This document shows positions 49,828 to 61,139 of a DNA stretch of 64,000 nucleotides, piece after piece. Numbering within the stretch: the stretch's first letter is position 1; each line of letters starts with the position of its first letter. A program made the position numbers and the translations under genes. Below the pieces are notes generated by a model. It saw only the letters and a program-made list of their open reading frames with translations, did not search any database and was not told the DNA's origin. Origin of the DNA: Octopus vulgaris (Eukaryota); the NCBI GenBank assembly GCA_951406725.2, contig OX597814.1, forward strand, positions 47,864,001 to 47,928,000, in the 5' to 3' direction.

Positions 49828-50756
49828 AGATTTTAAACTGCATGTCTGTATCCTTATTTACTGGTACATGTGTGTCTGCATCTGTGTACCACACTGAGAT
49901 GCACATGTATTTGTGTGTGTGTTTGTGTGTGTGTTTGTGTGTCTGCTTGAGACTTAAGCGTGTGTGTATTCATCAGTGAAAACGGTGTGGTAATGAATGA
50001 TGTGGAGATTTATTGAAAAAAAAAAAAAAGAAAAAAATTTCTTCTATTGTAGGTTTCCAAAAATTAACTGTTGTAGGGGGGAAGAAATTGACTGGTTCGT
50101 TGAATTACTCTGAGTTTATTGTATTTATCTGGACGCAGGAGATTTTTCCTAGGGGTGGGGTAGTTACTCTGGCGTTATTACTAGTTTTGTTCACAAAATA
50201 CTTGTAGAAGGAAAAGTAAGTAAAAAGAAAAGAAAAATGTATTTTATTGGTATCTCATATTACCGATGTTGGAATTCCGCTATATTATTTAATGACGTAC
50301 ATTCGCGCGTGAAAACCTAAAGAAATTTAGTTTAATGTTTCAGGATTGATAGCTTTTCAAATTTAAAAACTACTGAAATACCTTTTGTATATAAAATTAT
50401 GCTCAGTCTAAGCGTCTTGTTTAGCATCCAATCTTCGCTGCAATGTATAATCATATTGATAGAATCTGTTCTTAAATTGGTTAGTGGTTATTCCTACATA
50501 ATCAATACTGTTTCAGTTAATGTTATAAGAAAGAGTAAGCTTACATTTTTATATCAGCCACCCGGCTATTTAATCAAAATAATATTTTTAAGCAAGTAGG
50601 GATGCCTTACTTATCCACTAATCGCTAGTTCACTGCATTTCTGACAGCAAATGTGTTAAGTACCTAACCAATTATTTCTATCCTACGTTGGTATTCGTCC
50701 GCCATTGATATATATATGACCGCGCGCGCGCACACACACATACACACACACACACT

Positions 50757-50787
<31 letters not shown>

Positions 50788-51192
50788 AACTAGCCGTCAC
50801 CTGCAAATGAGTATGGCTTGGCAATATATGCCAAGCTTTCGTTTATTGTTTTAGGTGCTTATATAATAGCAAATGGACACAGTTTAATGATCCATTAAAC
50901 TGTCGCCGGTCAACACCTGCAGGAAAGACATGATCAGGGAAAAGACTGCGGTGGACCGATGTTCTGGAGCATAAGGACTGGGACGAGGGCTTAGTGCAGA
51001 GTGGGGGGGGCGACGCACAAAGAGTAACGAGAGGTGGAAAGGCGATTTCGCTTGAGGTATCTGAGTGAGGAGGCACAAAACCAGACAGCTCTGAGAAACA
51101 GAGACATTATATTATAGACAAAAAATAAAAGAACGTAGAAAGAGTATACCTGTAAGCCAGAGGCCTGAGCGTGTCAGTTAGTGACGATAATC

Positions 51193-51608
51193 GGATCTTT
51201 TCGGTTTGAACGGCAGTTTTTAACATAATTTCTAGGTAATTAAAAAATTTTAAACTTCGTATACTGGTAGAATGTGTTTATAAAACATCTTTTTCTCTTG
51301 GCTTTATTGAGAAAATTCTATAGTTTGTAAGATATTTGTTGTTGTTTTTCTTCAATTTCTGCAATTTCAACCAATCAGTGATGTCTATTGAGTTAAAAAG
51401 CATTCTGTGCCGTATGAATATGTCCCTCGTTTAAGAAACAGATTGGGTTTATTTACATTTGTGAAGAAAAAAAGATACCCTTTCCCCACCCCTAACCCTA
51501 ACCCTAAAAGAGATTGAAATGCAATAGATCGATTCTAGGGTCATAATTATGGGTGTCAATTTCATATGACACCGCTAGAAAGAACTGCCGTTCAAACCGA
51601 AAAGATCC
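51193..51608. mobile_element. MITE, same family as 37474-37906 in the opposite orientation
   Basis: TIR GGATCTTTTCGGTTTGAACGGCAGTT. Perfect TSD CGATAATC (51185-51192, 51609-51616). CCCTAA repeats at about 51484-51507. Confidence 0.92.
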
Positions 51609-51861
51609 CGATAATCTTCTAAAAATATTTCCTCGTTAATTCATAGGAACTTTTGATCAGTAGAATTTCATCTTAATTACATTTCTATTTTAGAAATTAT
51701 TCCAAGGAGGAGGGAACAAAGTACTTGAAAGCCTTCTTAAAGAAGTATGTTTAGACAATGAATAACTTCTGAATTGCTTGAACGAGCCAGTATTAGGAGT
51801 TACATGTTTCATTTGTAACAATTCAAAAAATTAAAATTAATAAATGAATATTTATCTGTAT

Positions 51862-52070
51862 ATGGCCTAGTGGTTAGGGCAGCGGACTCGCGGTCGCAGG
51901 ATCGCGGTTTCGATTCTCAGACCGGGCGTTGTGTGTGTTTATTGAGCGAAAACACCTAAAAGCTCTACGAGGCTCCGGCAGTGGTGATCCCTGCTGTACT
52001 CTTTCACCACAATGGCGGTGCCCCAGCATGGCCACAGCTCAAGAGCTGAAACTGGAAAAACAAAACAAAA
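51862..52070 (+). mobile_element. Chimeric SINE: family C head/body joined to a family A-type tail
   Basis: TGGCCTAGTGGTTAGGGCAGCGG...CTCTTTCACCACAA followed directly by GGCGGTGCCCCAGCATGGCCACAGC. Confidence 0.75.
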
Positions 52071-52081
52071 CAAAACAAAAT

Positions 52082-52105
52082 ATCTGTATCTATCAATCTG
52101 TCTGC

Positions 52106-52176
<71 letters not shown>

Positions 52177-52497
52177 CCTACCTACCTACCTACCTACCTA
52201 CCTACCTACCTACCTATCTATCTATCTATCTATCTACCTACCTACCTACCTACCTACCTATCTATCTATCTATCTATCTACCTACCTACCTACCTACCTA
52301 CCTACCTACCTACGTATCTATCTATCTATATATCTACCTACCTACCTACCTACCTACCTATCTACCTACCTACCTACCTACCTACCTACCTACCTACCTA
52401 CCTACCTATCTATCTATCTATCTATCTGCCTACCTACCTACCTACCTATCTATCTATCTACCTACCTACCTATCTATCTATCTATCTATCTACCTAC

Positions 52498-52554
<57 letters not shown>

Positions 52555-52555
52555 A
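52082..52555. repeat. Long compound (CTAT)/(CTAC) tetranucleotide array
   Basis: Direct reading. Confidence 0.95.
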
Positions 52556-53727
52556 ATTTGTGTGTGTGTGTTTGTGTATGTATGTGTGTGCGTATAAAAC
52601 AATGATAACTTTTTTTGTTGGGGAAAAAGAAGTTTGATACTTAATTAATATATATTTATTGTTTTACTATAAACAGCAATACAATTAAAAAACTGAAATA
52701 AACGAAAGTGTTCTAGAAAATATGTTTAATAATTATTAATGTCACGATTCTAAAAAGACAATTGAAAATTAATTTCTATATAGTATTGTGCCTTAACATA
52801 AAAGATACTTCGTATCAGTGTTTTAAGACAATAGGAAGATAGCATCAATTATAAATTATTATCTACGCTAATAGTGGACATTTATTTCTTTCAAAAATCA
52901 AATAATAGAAAATAACGATTTTACTCTCAGTGATATTTTCATTTGAGTTAGATATTTTATATCAAAATTGTCTTTGGTTGTTTTGAGATCTATGTAAATA
53001 GCAATGAGTTCATCAGCAAGACTACTCTTTGAATTAGATTTAGCAGTTCTTCATTTAAACATACACACATACGGCTGTTAATACTGTCTATACAAAATTT
53101 TTTAGACAGGCAAAAAAATTTTAAGAACAGAATCCCAGAGTTTCAAAACTTTGTTTTCCCCCCATTTTTCTGCTCTATTCCTGTAACTAATCGATTTCTT
53201 GATTTTTTTTTTTTTTCATTTTAAAATCGATCGTCAAGTCTACAGGATTTTCTCGGCAACTTAAATGATCAGAATTTAATAAATCTTAATAAAAATTCAG
53301 TTGCTGACTCAATAAAGATTAATAATTTTGTTTGAGTATTGAGTGTTTGCTTCTTCGTGATTTTGAAGAGCATTCACGCAGTTTTTAAGATTTTAGAATT
53401 GCTTATAAATGTCGATTTCTCATTGAAAGAATTTAGTAATAGTAAACTTTTGCCACGTCCTGGTAACTTAATATTCAAATCATTTAAATATGAAAAGTAA
53501 TCAGTTAACAGAGATTTACAAATCCATTCAATATCAGAACATTCTTTAGAAGAAAATTTTTCATTAAAAAAATCGTATTTGATTCAAACACACACACACA
53601 CACACACACACAAATGTTTTAAGAACAAGACTTTGACTAAGGCCAACCAACATTGTTGTATGTATGTAGTTGATTCCACCTCATTCTGTAAATTGTCTTT
53701 TCTCGTAGCACGTGCATATATAAAATT

Positions 53728-53950
53728 TTTTTCTTTACTACCCACAAGGGGCTAAACACAGAGAGGACAAACAAGCGGATTAAGTCGATTACATCGACCC
53801 CAGTGCGTAAGTGGTACTTATTTAATCGATCTCGAAAGGATGAAAGGCAAAGTCGACCTCGGTGGAATTTGAACTCACAACATAACGGCAGGCGATATAC
53901 CGCTAAGCATTTCGCCCGGTGTGCTAACGTTTCTGCCAGCTCACCGCCTT
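53728..53950 (-). mobile_element. SINE family B monomer
   Basis: Full B head, core and tail 1. Confidence 0.88.
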
Positions 53951-54418
53951 GGCGCATATATATAATATTAATACCTAAGTTTTCAACTTTGTTTACGAGT
54001 TCTTTAAGGCCAAATTTTGTACACAAAATACCATGAAAAGCTAATAGTGGATGCTCAAAATATTTTTCAAATAAATTTACAAAACCTAGTTTTCTACCAG
54101 TCATATTGAACGTATCATCAGTTGTCACAGAAACTATTTCCGAAAGGTTAGTCCCTCGATTAGACAGTTTTTAAAACTACAGCCATACATATTTTAGTTC
54201 CCGTGGTAACATTATCAAGTTAACTCGCTCTTTGCATATTCATCACCTCTACAAAACTGAGAAATAGTAGCTTATCTGGAAAATGATGTAACATTGTTTC
54301 TTTCATCTAGATAAATGAAAAATAATTTACATCAAATATCTGTTAATTATTTGTAAGTCTTCTTACTCATTGGTAAATCCCTAATGCCCCAAATAATGTT
54401 TACCTTTTCTGCAAAAAC

Positions 54419-54576
54419 AAGAGTGGCTGTGTGGTAAGTAGCTTGCTTACCAACCACATGGTTCCGGGTTCAGTCCCACTGCGTGGCATCTTGGGCAAGT
54501 GTCTTCTACTATAGCCTCGGGCCGACCAAAGCCTTGTGAGTGGATTTGGTAGACGGAAACTGAAAGAAGCCTGTCG

Positions 54577-54580
<4 letters not shown>
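54419..54580 (+). mobile_element. SINE A head, broken at the internal microsatellite
   Basis: Near-identical to 18128-18285. Confidence 0.88.
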
Positions 54581-54615
<35 letters not shown>

Positions 54616-55344
54616 ATGTGTGTATAAGTTTGAACTGACTGAAACAAATTTCATCAAAACATTGACTACATTCTTTTGTTGATGATTTCTCCAGAAATGT
54701 GTTTTATAGATTTTCTTAATTACAAAAAATTTTTATCTAACTTACCACAAAGCTAACTTTGAACTGCTGCGTAATACTGCTTTACAGAAGAAGTCTTTCG
54801 GAGCACAAGTTTTATAATGCATTTTTTTATAACAAAGTTTTTACTCCTTATTCCTTGAAAAGTTCTGCTGCTGCTCTCTTCATCTGGATGTTTCCGTTCC
54901 TTTTGCTGGTTGAACTGACATTCTAACGAAGCTGAAAGGGGTAAATATACTTTAAAAATGTCTGACCGATAAATTCTAAAATCTGGACATATACGATTAG
55001 TCTTAACATATAAACTTAAATGCATCGCAGTGAGTTTATTTATCGTAAGTGCACATTCTAATATATATAGTTTTAAATCAGCAATTTGTGTAACTAATTA
55101 ACGAGCTATCCAAGAAAAGTAATTCTCAAAACTACTTTGCTTGGACCATCAAGAGATCATAAATTTTATGATGTGTACAAACTTTAATAAATACCCAGTT
55201 TAGGAGAGATCCGGATATTACAATAATGCATAAAACATGCTAGTAATTAAGGCATACTTGCTAATTTACTCAGAAAAGTTTACTATTATTTCACATTACT
55301 GTAATTTATTGTTCTTCAAAATGGCCACTCCCATAATATTGATT

Positions 55345-55556
55345 TTAAATTTTGGCACAAGGCCAGCAACTTTGGGGGAGGGGTTAAGTCAATTACATGG
55401 ACCCCAGCGTTCAACTGGTACTTATTTTATCGACCCCGAAAGGATGAAAGGCCAAGCTGACCTCGGCGGAATTTGAACTCAGGACGTAAAGACGGACGGA
55501 ATACCGCTAAAACTTTTGCACGGTGTGCTAACGATTCTGCCGAGCTCGCCGCCTTA
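55345..55556 (-). mobile_element. SINE family B (tail 2)
   Basis: B core. Flanking ACT(C/T)CCATAAT duplication. Confidence 0.85.
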
Positions 55557-56325
55557 ACTACTTCCATAATTTCTTGCATTTTGTATTACGGACGAATCCT
55601 AACTATTATGTTCGTTGTTTCATGGACGTTGTTCACTTAAATTAATTATAAATATAAACGATACAGGTTAATAAAATAAATGGTAATTCAAATATTAGTG
55701 TGGCATTTCTTCTCTTCCCTGCTTAATATTGCGAAAGACCAATGAAGAATAAGTGTCTAAACTCCACACTAAAAGCTATTATGTCTATCTAGAGAAAAAC
55801 TGCACTATGCATTTGTTGCAATAATGATGTATATAAAGTATTATATAAGTTACTCGCAATTTTAAAGTATTTTTATTACTTCAGAATTATCGACAGATTA
55901 CTAAACATTTACACAGCTCTTTCTTGTGTGTCTAGAATAAATAAATAAATAATGAAAAGTTACTTTTATTTTGTAAATAAATAAAAAGTATTTCTGTAAC
56001 CGAGGATGTTACAAAGGTTCTACAGGAGGAAAATTTTCCTCACTCTTCAACCCACACCCTCAAAAGCCATACGGGCAAATAAAAGAGTTTCCTAATTAGA
56101 GGGTCGCTTCCTAGCGATTTCTTTGATGACATACCGTTAATCACAAGCAATACCAGAAAAATCAGAGATCAAAGTAATGGATATATCGCCTCTTTGACCA
56201 GATGATCACTTATTACTAATGAACGTCTTTTACTTTTTTTTTTTTACCTCGCATTTGAAGTGGTGTATCACTAAGTCCACGCATCCACAATTGAGATGAC
56301 AGCTGAAAATTAAAGGTCGTGAATT

Positions 56326-56410
<85 letters not shown>

Positions 56411-56439
56411 CATGGCGAATGCCATGATAGATCGGTCGC

Positions 56440-56600
56440 CACTACACACAGTTTTTTCTTGTTTCTTTCTGCGTTCCTTTCTGTGGAAGAGCGTAGGCTC
56501 GAAACGTTAAAGACTTTTTCAATTCCCGAGCGTTATACTAATACATCTGTTTGTTTTCTACTCCACCTGTCTTCGTCTTTTGTTTTTTTGTGAATTCTCC
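56440..56600 (+). mobile_element. Penelope-type pLTR remnant with a hammerhead-like motif (56477-56512)
   Basis: CUUU-CUGUGGA-A-GAGC-GUAG-GCUC-GAAA-CGUU-AAAG, with stems I and II intact. Confidence 0.6.
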
Positions 56601-56637
56601 CTATATATATATATATATATATATATAAACGGCAAAA

Positions 56638-56682
<45 letters not shown>

Positions 56683-56998
56683 CCTTTATACAAATCCACA
56701 ATTTTTCAGTTAGAGGGCTCGCACTTTCTATGGTCATTCAAAACCGTCCAAGGGTGGTCTTTACATTTCCCCAGTCACCCCGCAAAGTCCTTAAAAAATC
56801 AATAGAAGTGACTTTTTTGTGAATTTTCTATCCAAAACCCAATCAAAATGCCCGAAACTTGATACGCCAATTGAATGTCAGCTAGCTGTATGTGAGAGGT
56901 CGGAGATTTGAACAGTACTCGCGTGTATGTGTGCACGTACGCAGCTGTATATGCATGCACTAACACTATAACCCGGCGTTGCCGGGTCATAGTGCTAG
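56601..56998 (+). mobile_element. Non-autonomous Helitron-like element
   Basis: 3' hairpin ACCCGGC-GTT-GCCGGGT, 7 nt before CTAG|T. 5' end lies within a (TA)n tract. Confidence 0.75.
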
Positions 56999-57424
56999 TC
57001 CGCAAATTTACTAACAAAAGAATATCCCCCCGTATGCCAAAGAAATGTTTTTGCCTGCCGTGTTGGATACGTGTACCATAGGTTCGCAACCCTTGGCATC
57101 GGCCATGTATATTTATTCGTTCGAACTTATTGATTCACTTCGTTGTTATTCCGAGTTACTCGGATCTGTGTGTTCGTTCGGGCGACAGTGATACAAATTT
57201 GTTTTGAGATGAATGATTTGCGTCTTTGCGACAAACGCAGAGTGGCAGTTTGTTTGACGAACTAGAACTCCATTTGTTCAATTACCGAAAATACTGTAGC
57301 GTGGCAGTTTCAGCCACTTTGTTATATGACTATAGCGATATCTAATATCTTCACTGTGTGAACGGCAAAGCAGAAATAATCTCGTTTGAGCTTACAACCA
57401 TCTTTGGCCAACTTGTTCTTTTTC

Positions 57425-57906
57425 TAAACACTAACTTGATTGGTTGACGTGTGACACGAGGGTCCCTGCGTAGTTCGCGCCACTGGTGGACATGTGACAC
57501 GAGGGTCCCTGCGTAGTCCGCGCCACTGGTTGACACGTGACGCGAATTGTCTCGACTTATTTTCGCGCCAATCGAGAATCAACCAATCAAGACCTTCGGT
57601 TAAAATTCCATTTTCTGGAGTTCGGTGAGCCAACCAAATAGTATAAAAACCAGTTTTCACAGGCATTTTTGTCTTGAGTTCTAGTTCTTCTAAGAACTAA
57701 CTTAGACCACCTACTGCTCAACTTAGACCACCTACTGCTCGATTGTTTCTGCTTGCTGCTCAACTTAGAGATAGGCGATTGTTTCTGCTACTGCTGGTGC
57801 TATACTGATACAAACAACATGAACTGCAAACCGAGTTCCGTGGTTAATCCTATGGTCAGTACCTTTTTATGCCTCACGAACAGACAGACACAAAAACCTG
57901 CTAACA
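57425..57906 (+). repeat. Possible solo LTR or unclassified repeat with internal tandem duplications
   Basis: 44-bp tandem TGTGACACGAGGGTCCCTGCGTAGT.CGCGCCACTGGT, a TATAAAA at about 57643, AACTTAGACCACCTACTGCTC duplicated, and an end in TAACA. No clear TSD. Confidence 0.35.
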
Positions 57907-58207
57907 CTTACAAACTTCCAATATCAGCATGATTGTAAAATATGTAAATAAATAATATTTATCTACCAACAGAAGACTTGTGTCAATTCACTTATGTCCT
58001 ATTGTCGTTGTATGTATTTTATGGCTTGTAATGATTTCGTTAAGAGTAGAGCCGCATGCGACCGTATTCCCGGCACGATGCGACCGCATGTGATCTTACT
58101 TCTTACAGTACCGACTGAATGGATTGTAGTGTAAGTGGCTGAATATTCCAAAGTCACTTCTATATTTAATTTAATCTTCAAACAAAATCGGTGTAATAAT
58201 ATCGGTT

Positions 58208-58421
58208 CCAAATTTTGGCATAAGCCAGCAATTTCAGGGGAGGGGCAAGTCGATTACATCGACCTCAGTGCTCAACTGGTACTTATTTTATCGACCCCGA
58301 AAGGATGAAAAGCAAAGTTGACCTGACTTCGGCGGAATTTGAACTCAGAACGTACAGACGGACGAAATGCCACTAAGCATTTTTGTCCGGCGTGCAAACG
58401 ATTCTGCTAACTTGCCTCCTT
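58208..58421 (-). mobile_element. SINE family B (tail 2)
   Basis: B core. Imperfect TSD AATCGG...TAATATC. Confidence 0.85.
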
Positions 58422-58511
58422 AATCGGCGATATAATATCAAACAGAACGCTTTTTACATTATTTACATCATTTACATTTGACGGATATTTGTCCTCATCT
58501 TGTTTGTTGTT

Positions 58512-58557
58512 AACACAACGTTTCGGCTGATATACCCTCCAGCCTTCATCAGGTGCC
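58512..58557 (-). ncRNA. Minimal type-I hammerhead ribozyme motif
   Basis: GGCAC-CUGAUGA-A-GGCUG-(10 nt)-CAGCC-GAAA-CGUU-GUGUU. Confidence 0.65.
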
Positions 58558-58610
58558 TTGGGGGAAATTTCGAACCTGGGTTCTCATTTCTAAGGTATTT
58601 TTCGATGTTA

Positions 58611-58673
<63 letters not shown>

Positions 58674-58831
58674 TCACTGCCTGGAATCGAACTCAGAATC
58701 GTGGGGTTAAGAGCGTGGGCTACTAACCCCAAGATTCCGAGTTCGACTCCAAGCAGTGGCCTAAACAACAACAATAACAACATCGAAAAATACCTTAGGA
58801 ATGAGAACCCAGGGTTCGAAATTTCCTCCAA

Positions 58832-58867
58832 GACACCTGATGAAGGCATCAGCCGAAACATTGTGTT
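58832..58867 (+). ncRNA. Minimal type-I hammerhead ribozyme motif (shortened stem II)
   Basis: GACAC-CUGAUGA-A-GGC-AUCA-GCC-GAAA-CAUU-GUGUU. Confidence 0.62.
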
Positions 58868-59321
58868 AACAAACAAGACGAGGATAAATATCCGTCAAAT
58901 GTAAATAATGTACATAATTCCTCATCTTTTAAATATAGAACTGAACGATTTTAAACTACAGATACAGTTCATAGTTTCTGTTAACCAAATTTAAGTCAAT
59001 ACTAGAAAGTACTTGTGGAAGGTTTTGCACTGTGGAATTGATCCCGGAATGTTTTGGATCCTACTTGGCTATAGCCACAATAGAATGTGCCCATGTGCAT
59101 ACATACATACGCGCACGCACACACACGCGCATACACACGAACACACACACACACACACACACACAGAAAGTTTGATAGATTGCAAGAAGGTGTGTGCATA
59201 TGCGTGCGTGTATGTGTACGTAAGTGTTTGTATGTATTAATGTATGTATGGAGTCCAGCATACACCAATACACACACATACACGTGTGTGTATACGCGCA
59301 TACACACACACACACACACAC

Positions 59322-59382
<61 letters not shown>

Positions 59383-59789
59383 CCTAACTCCTGAAATCTC
59401 GACAGGCTTATTACCTTTAAAGATATTCTGACGACAGCCAGTATATTTGACGCTAAAATCGGTTAACCACCTATTCACGCACGCACGCACACACGCACAT
59501 ACACACACACACTCACCTGTGTGTGCCTGTATGTGTGTAGGTGCATGTGTGTGTGCGTGTGTGTGTGTGTGTGTGTACGTGTGTATCCTAAGTCTCTTGC
59601 GCTTCCTCTTGACTCCAAATGGAAAGAACTCTTTAGAGGCGAAAACTAATTACCAGCAACATCTGTAAATGAAATGCAAGTTATTTTTTTTTTATCATTA
59701 AATGGTTGAAATTTTCCTGCAACGCTTTTAATATAATTGAGTGAATGGGTGTGGGAAAGAGAGGGGAATATATGTATGCGTGTGTGTGA

Positions 59790-59968
<179 letters not shown>

Positions 59969-60716
59969 ATTTGCTAAGGTAAACATTTTTAAAAAAAAGA
60001 CAAGGATTTGTTTTGCTCTTTCAAGAAGTATTTGTTGAAAATTAAATGTGCGAGCGGAAAATTTCGTGTTCCATCTGCAATACCATTATCATAATACAGA
60101 TTACAACACTCAATTGCGATTCTGTTCTGTGTTCAATTCTATCCTGATGACATATTAAAGTCCTATGGCATTTTGAAACTCAATACCATCTTTATTCGAT
60201 ATTCATTAATATTTTTATTTTATCGGCCTTCAGTATTTTTTAATAAAAACAAGCATTACAATGCTGATATTAATGAATTAAGATTTTATTTATTTATTAT
60301 TTAGTTGTTGATTTTTGTTTGTTTTTTGCTTTGTATACATATTTGCATATTTTAAATATAACGTGTTTACGCAGACAAACAGGAAATAAAGCAAGTGAAA
60401 AAAAAATATGGTGTTGTGTGACTTGTACCCGCATCCATTTTTAATGCTTCGGTACATTCACCAATTATGCAAGCAGTCTTCCCTGTTTCTCAGGTCCTTT
60501 GTATATGCTACATTGTTATACATAGATTTCAAACAAATTGTTATTCTTTGAAGAAAAATTAGCTTCTAAAAATGTTCTAGTCGATAGCATGTTAAATATC
60601 GATTTCTCTTCTGTCGGTATAAAGACATTAAGGTATCATATTTTAAGGGAAATAAATAGAAAGTTATTATGTTCAACAGTGTGGTGAAATGACTACATCT
60701 GGAAAACTATGGTGCA

Positions 60717-60857
60717 TGGAGCAAGGTATAGCTATGCAGTTAAAAATGTTCGCTTCGCAAGTACGTGGTTTCGGGTTCGACATCACTCACGGCACCTTGA
60801 CTAAGTGTTTTCTCCTATAGCTTCCGAATGACAAAAGCATGTGAATGAAATTTCGAA
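60717..60857 (+). mobile_element. Old, diverged SINE A-like head
   Basis: GGGTTCGACATCAC...GGCACCTTGACTAAGTGTTTTCT resembles the A head. Confidence 0.55.
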
Positions 60858-61139
60858 GCGCGACGAATGGGATGTTCCTGGCTTTGAGTGGTTGACTTAA
60901 TCCATTGCTTGGTTTAACATCACCACCTAGCTATTGAGTACCTATTACCAAGTTTACTATTCGTTCGTTCGTTCTTTCCTTCAATCAGTATCGGAAACAT
61001 TGAGAGGGGCCAGGACGATATTTTTTCATCAGTCATATTCTTTTAATTTTCTACAAATTTTTCAAAGATATCAGTACAATTCTGAAGCAAAAGCACGAAA
61101 ACAAACTCAAAGAAAACAAAAGATTGAAACACAAAGAGT

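Larger units (their letters stand above)
53150..55000 (-). pseudogene. Degraded hAT transposase (Buster/SPIN, GTF2IRD2-like), interrupted by two SINEs
   Basis: KERKHPDEESSSRTFQ at the N-terminus, and SVTTDDTFNMTGRKLGFV...PLLAFHGILC resembling TTDGAPxMxG...HC of hAT. Confidence 0.65.
58455..58942. mobile_element. Head-to-head inverted pair of a tRNA-headed, hammerhead-bearing non-autonomous retroelement
   Basis: Arms at about 58467-58709 and 58724-58905 with a 14-nt spacer. tRNA-like head with GTTCGA B-box, (AAT/AAC)n linker, and hammerhead cores CUGAUGA...GAAA in both arms. Possible TSD GAACG(C/A)TTTT. Confidence 0.8.
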
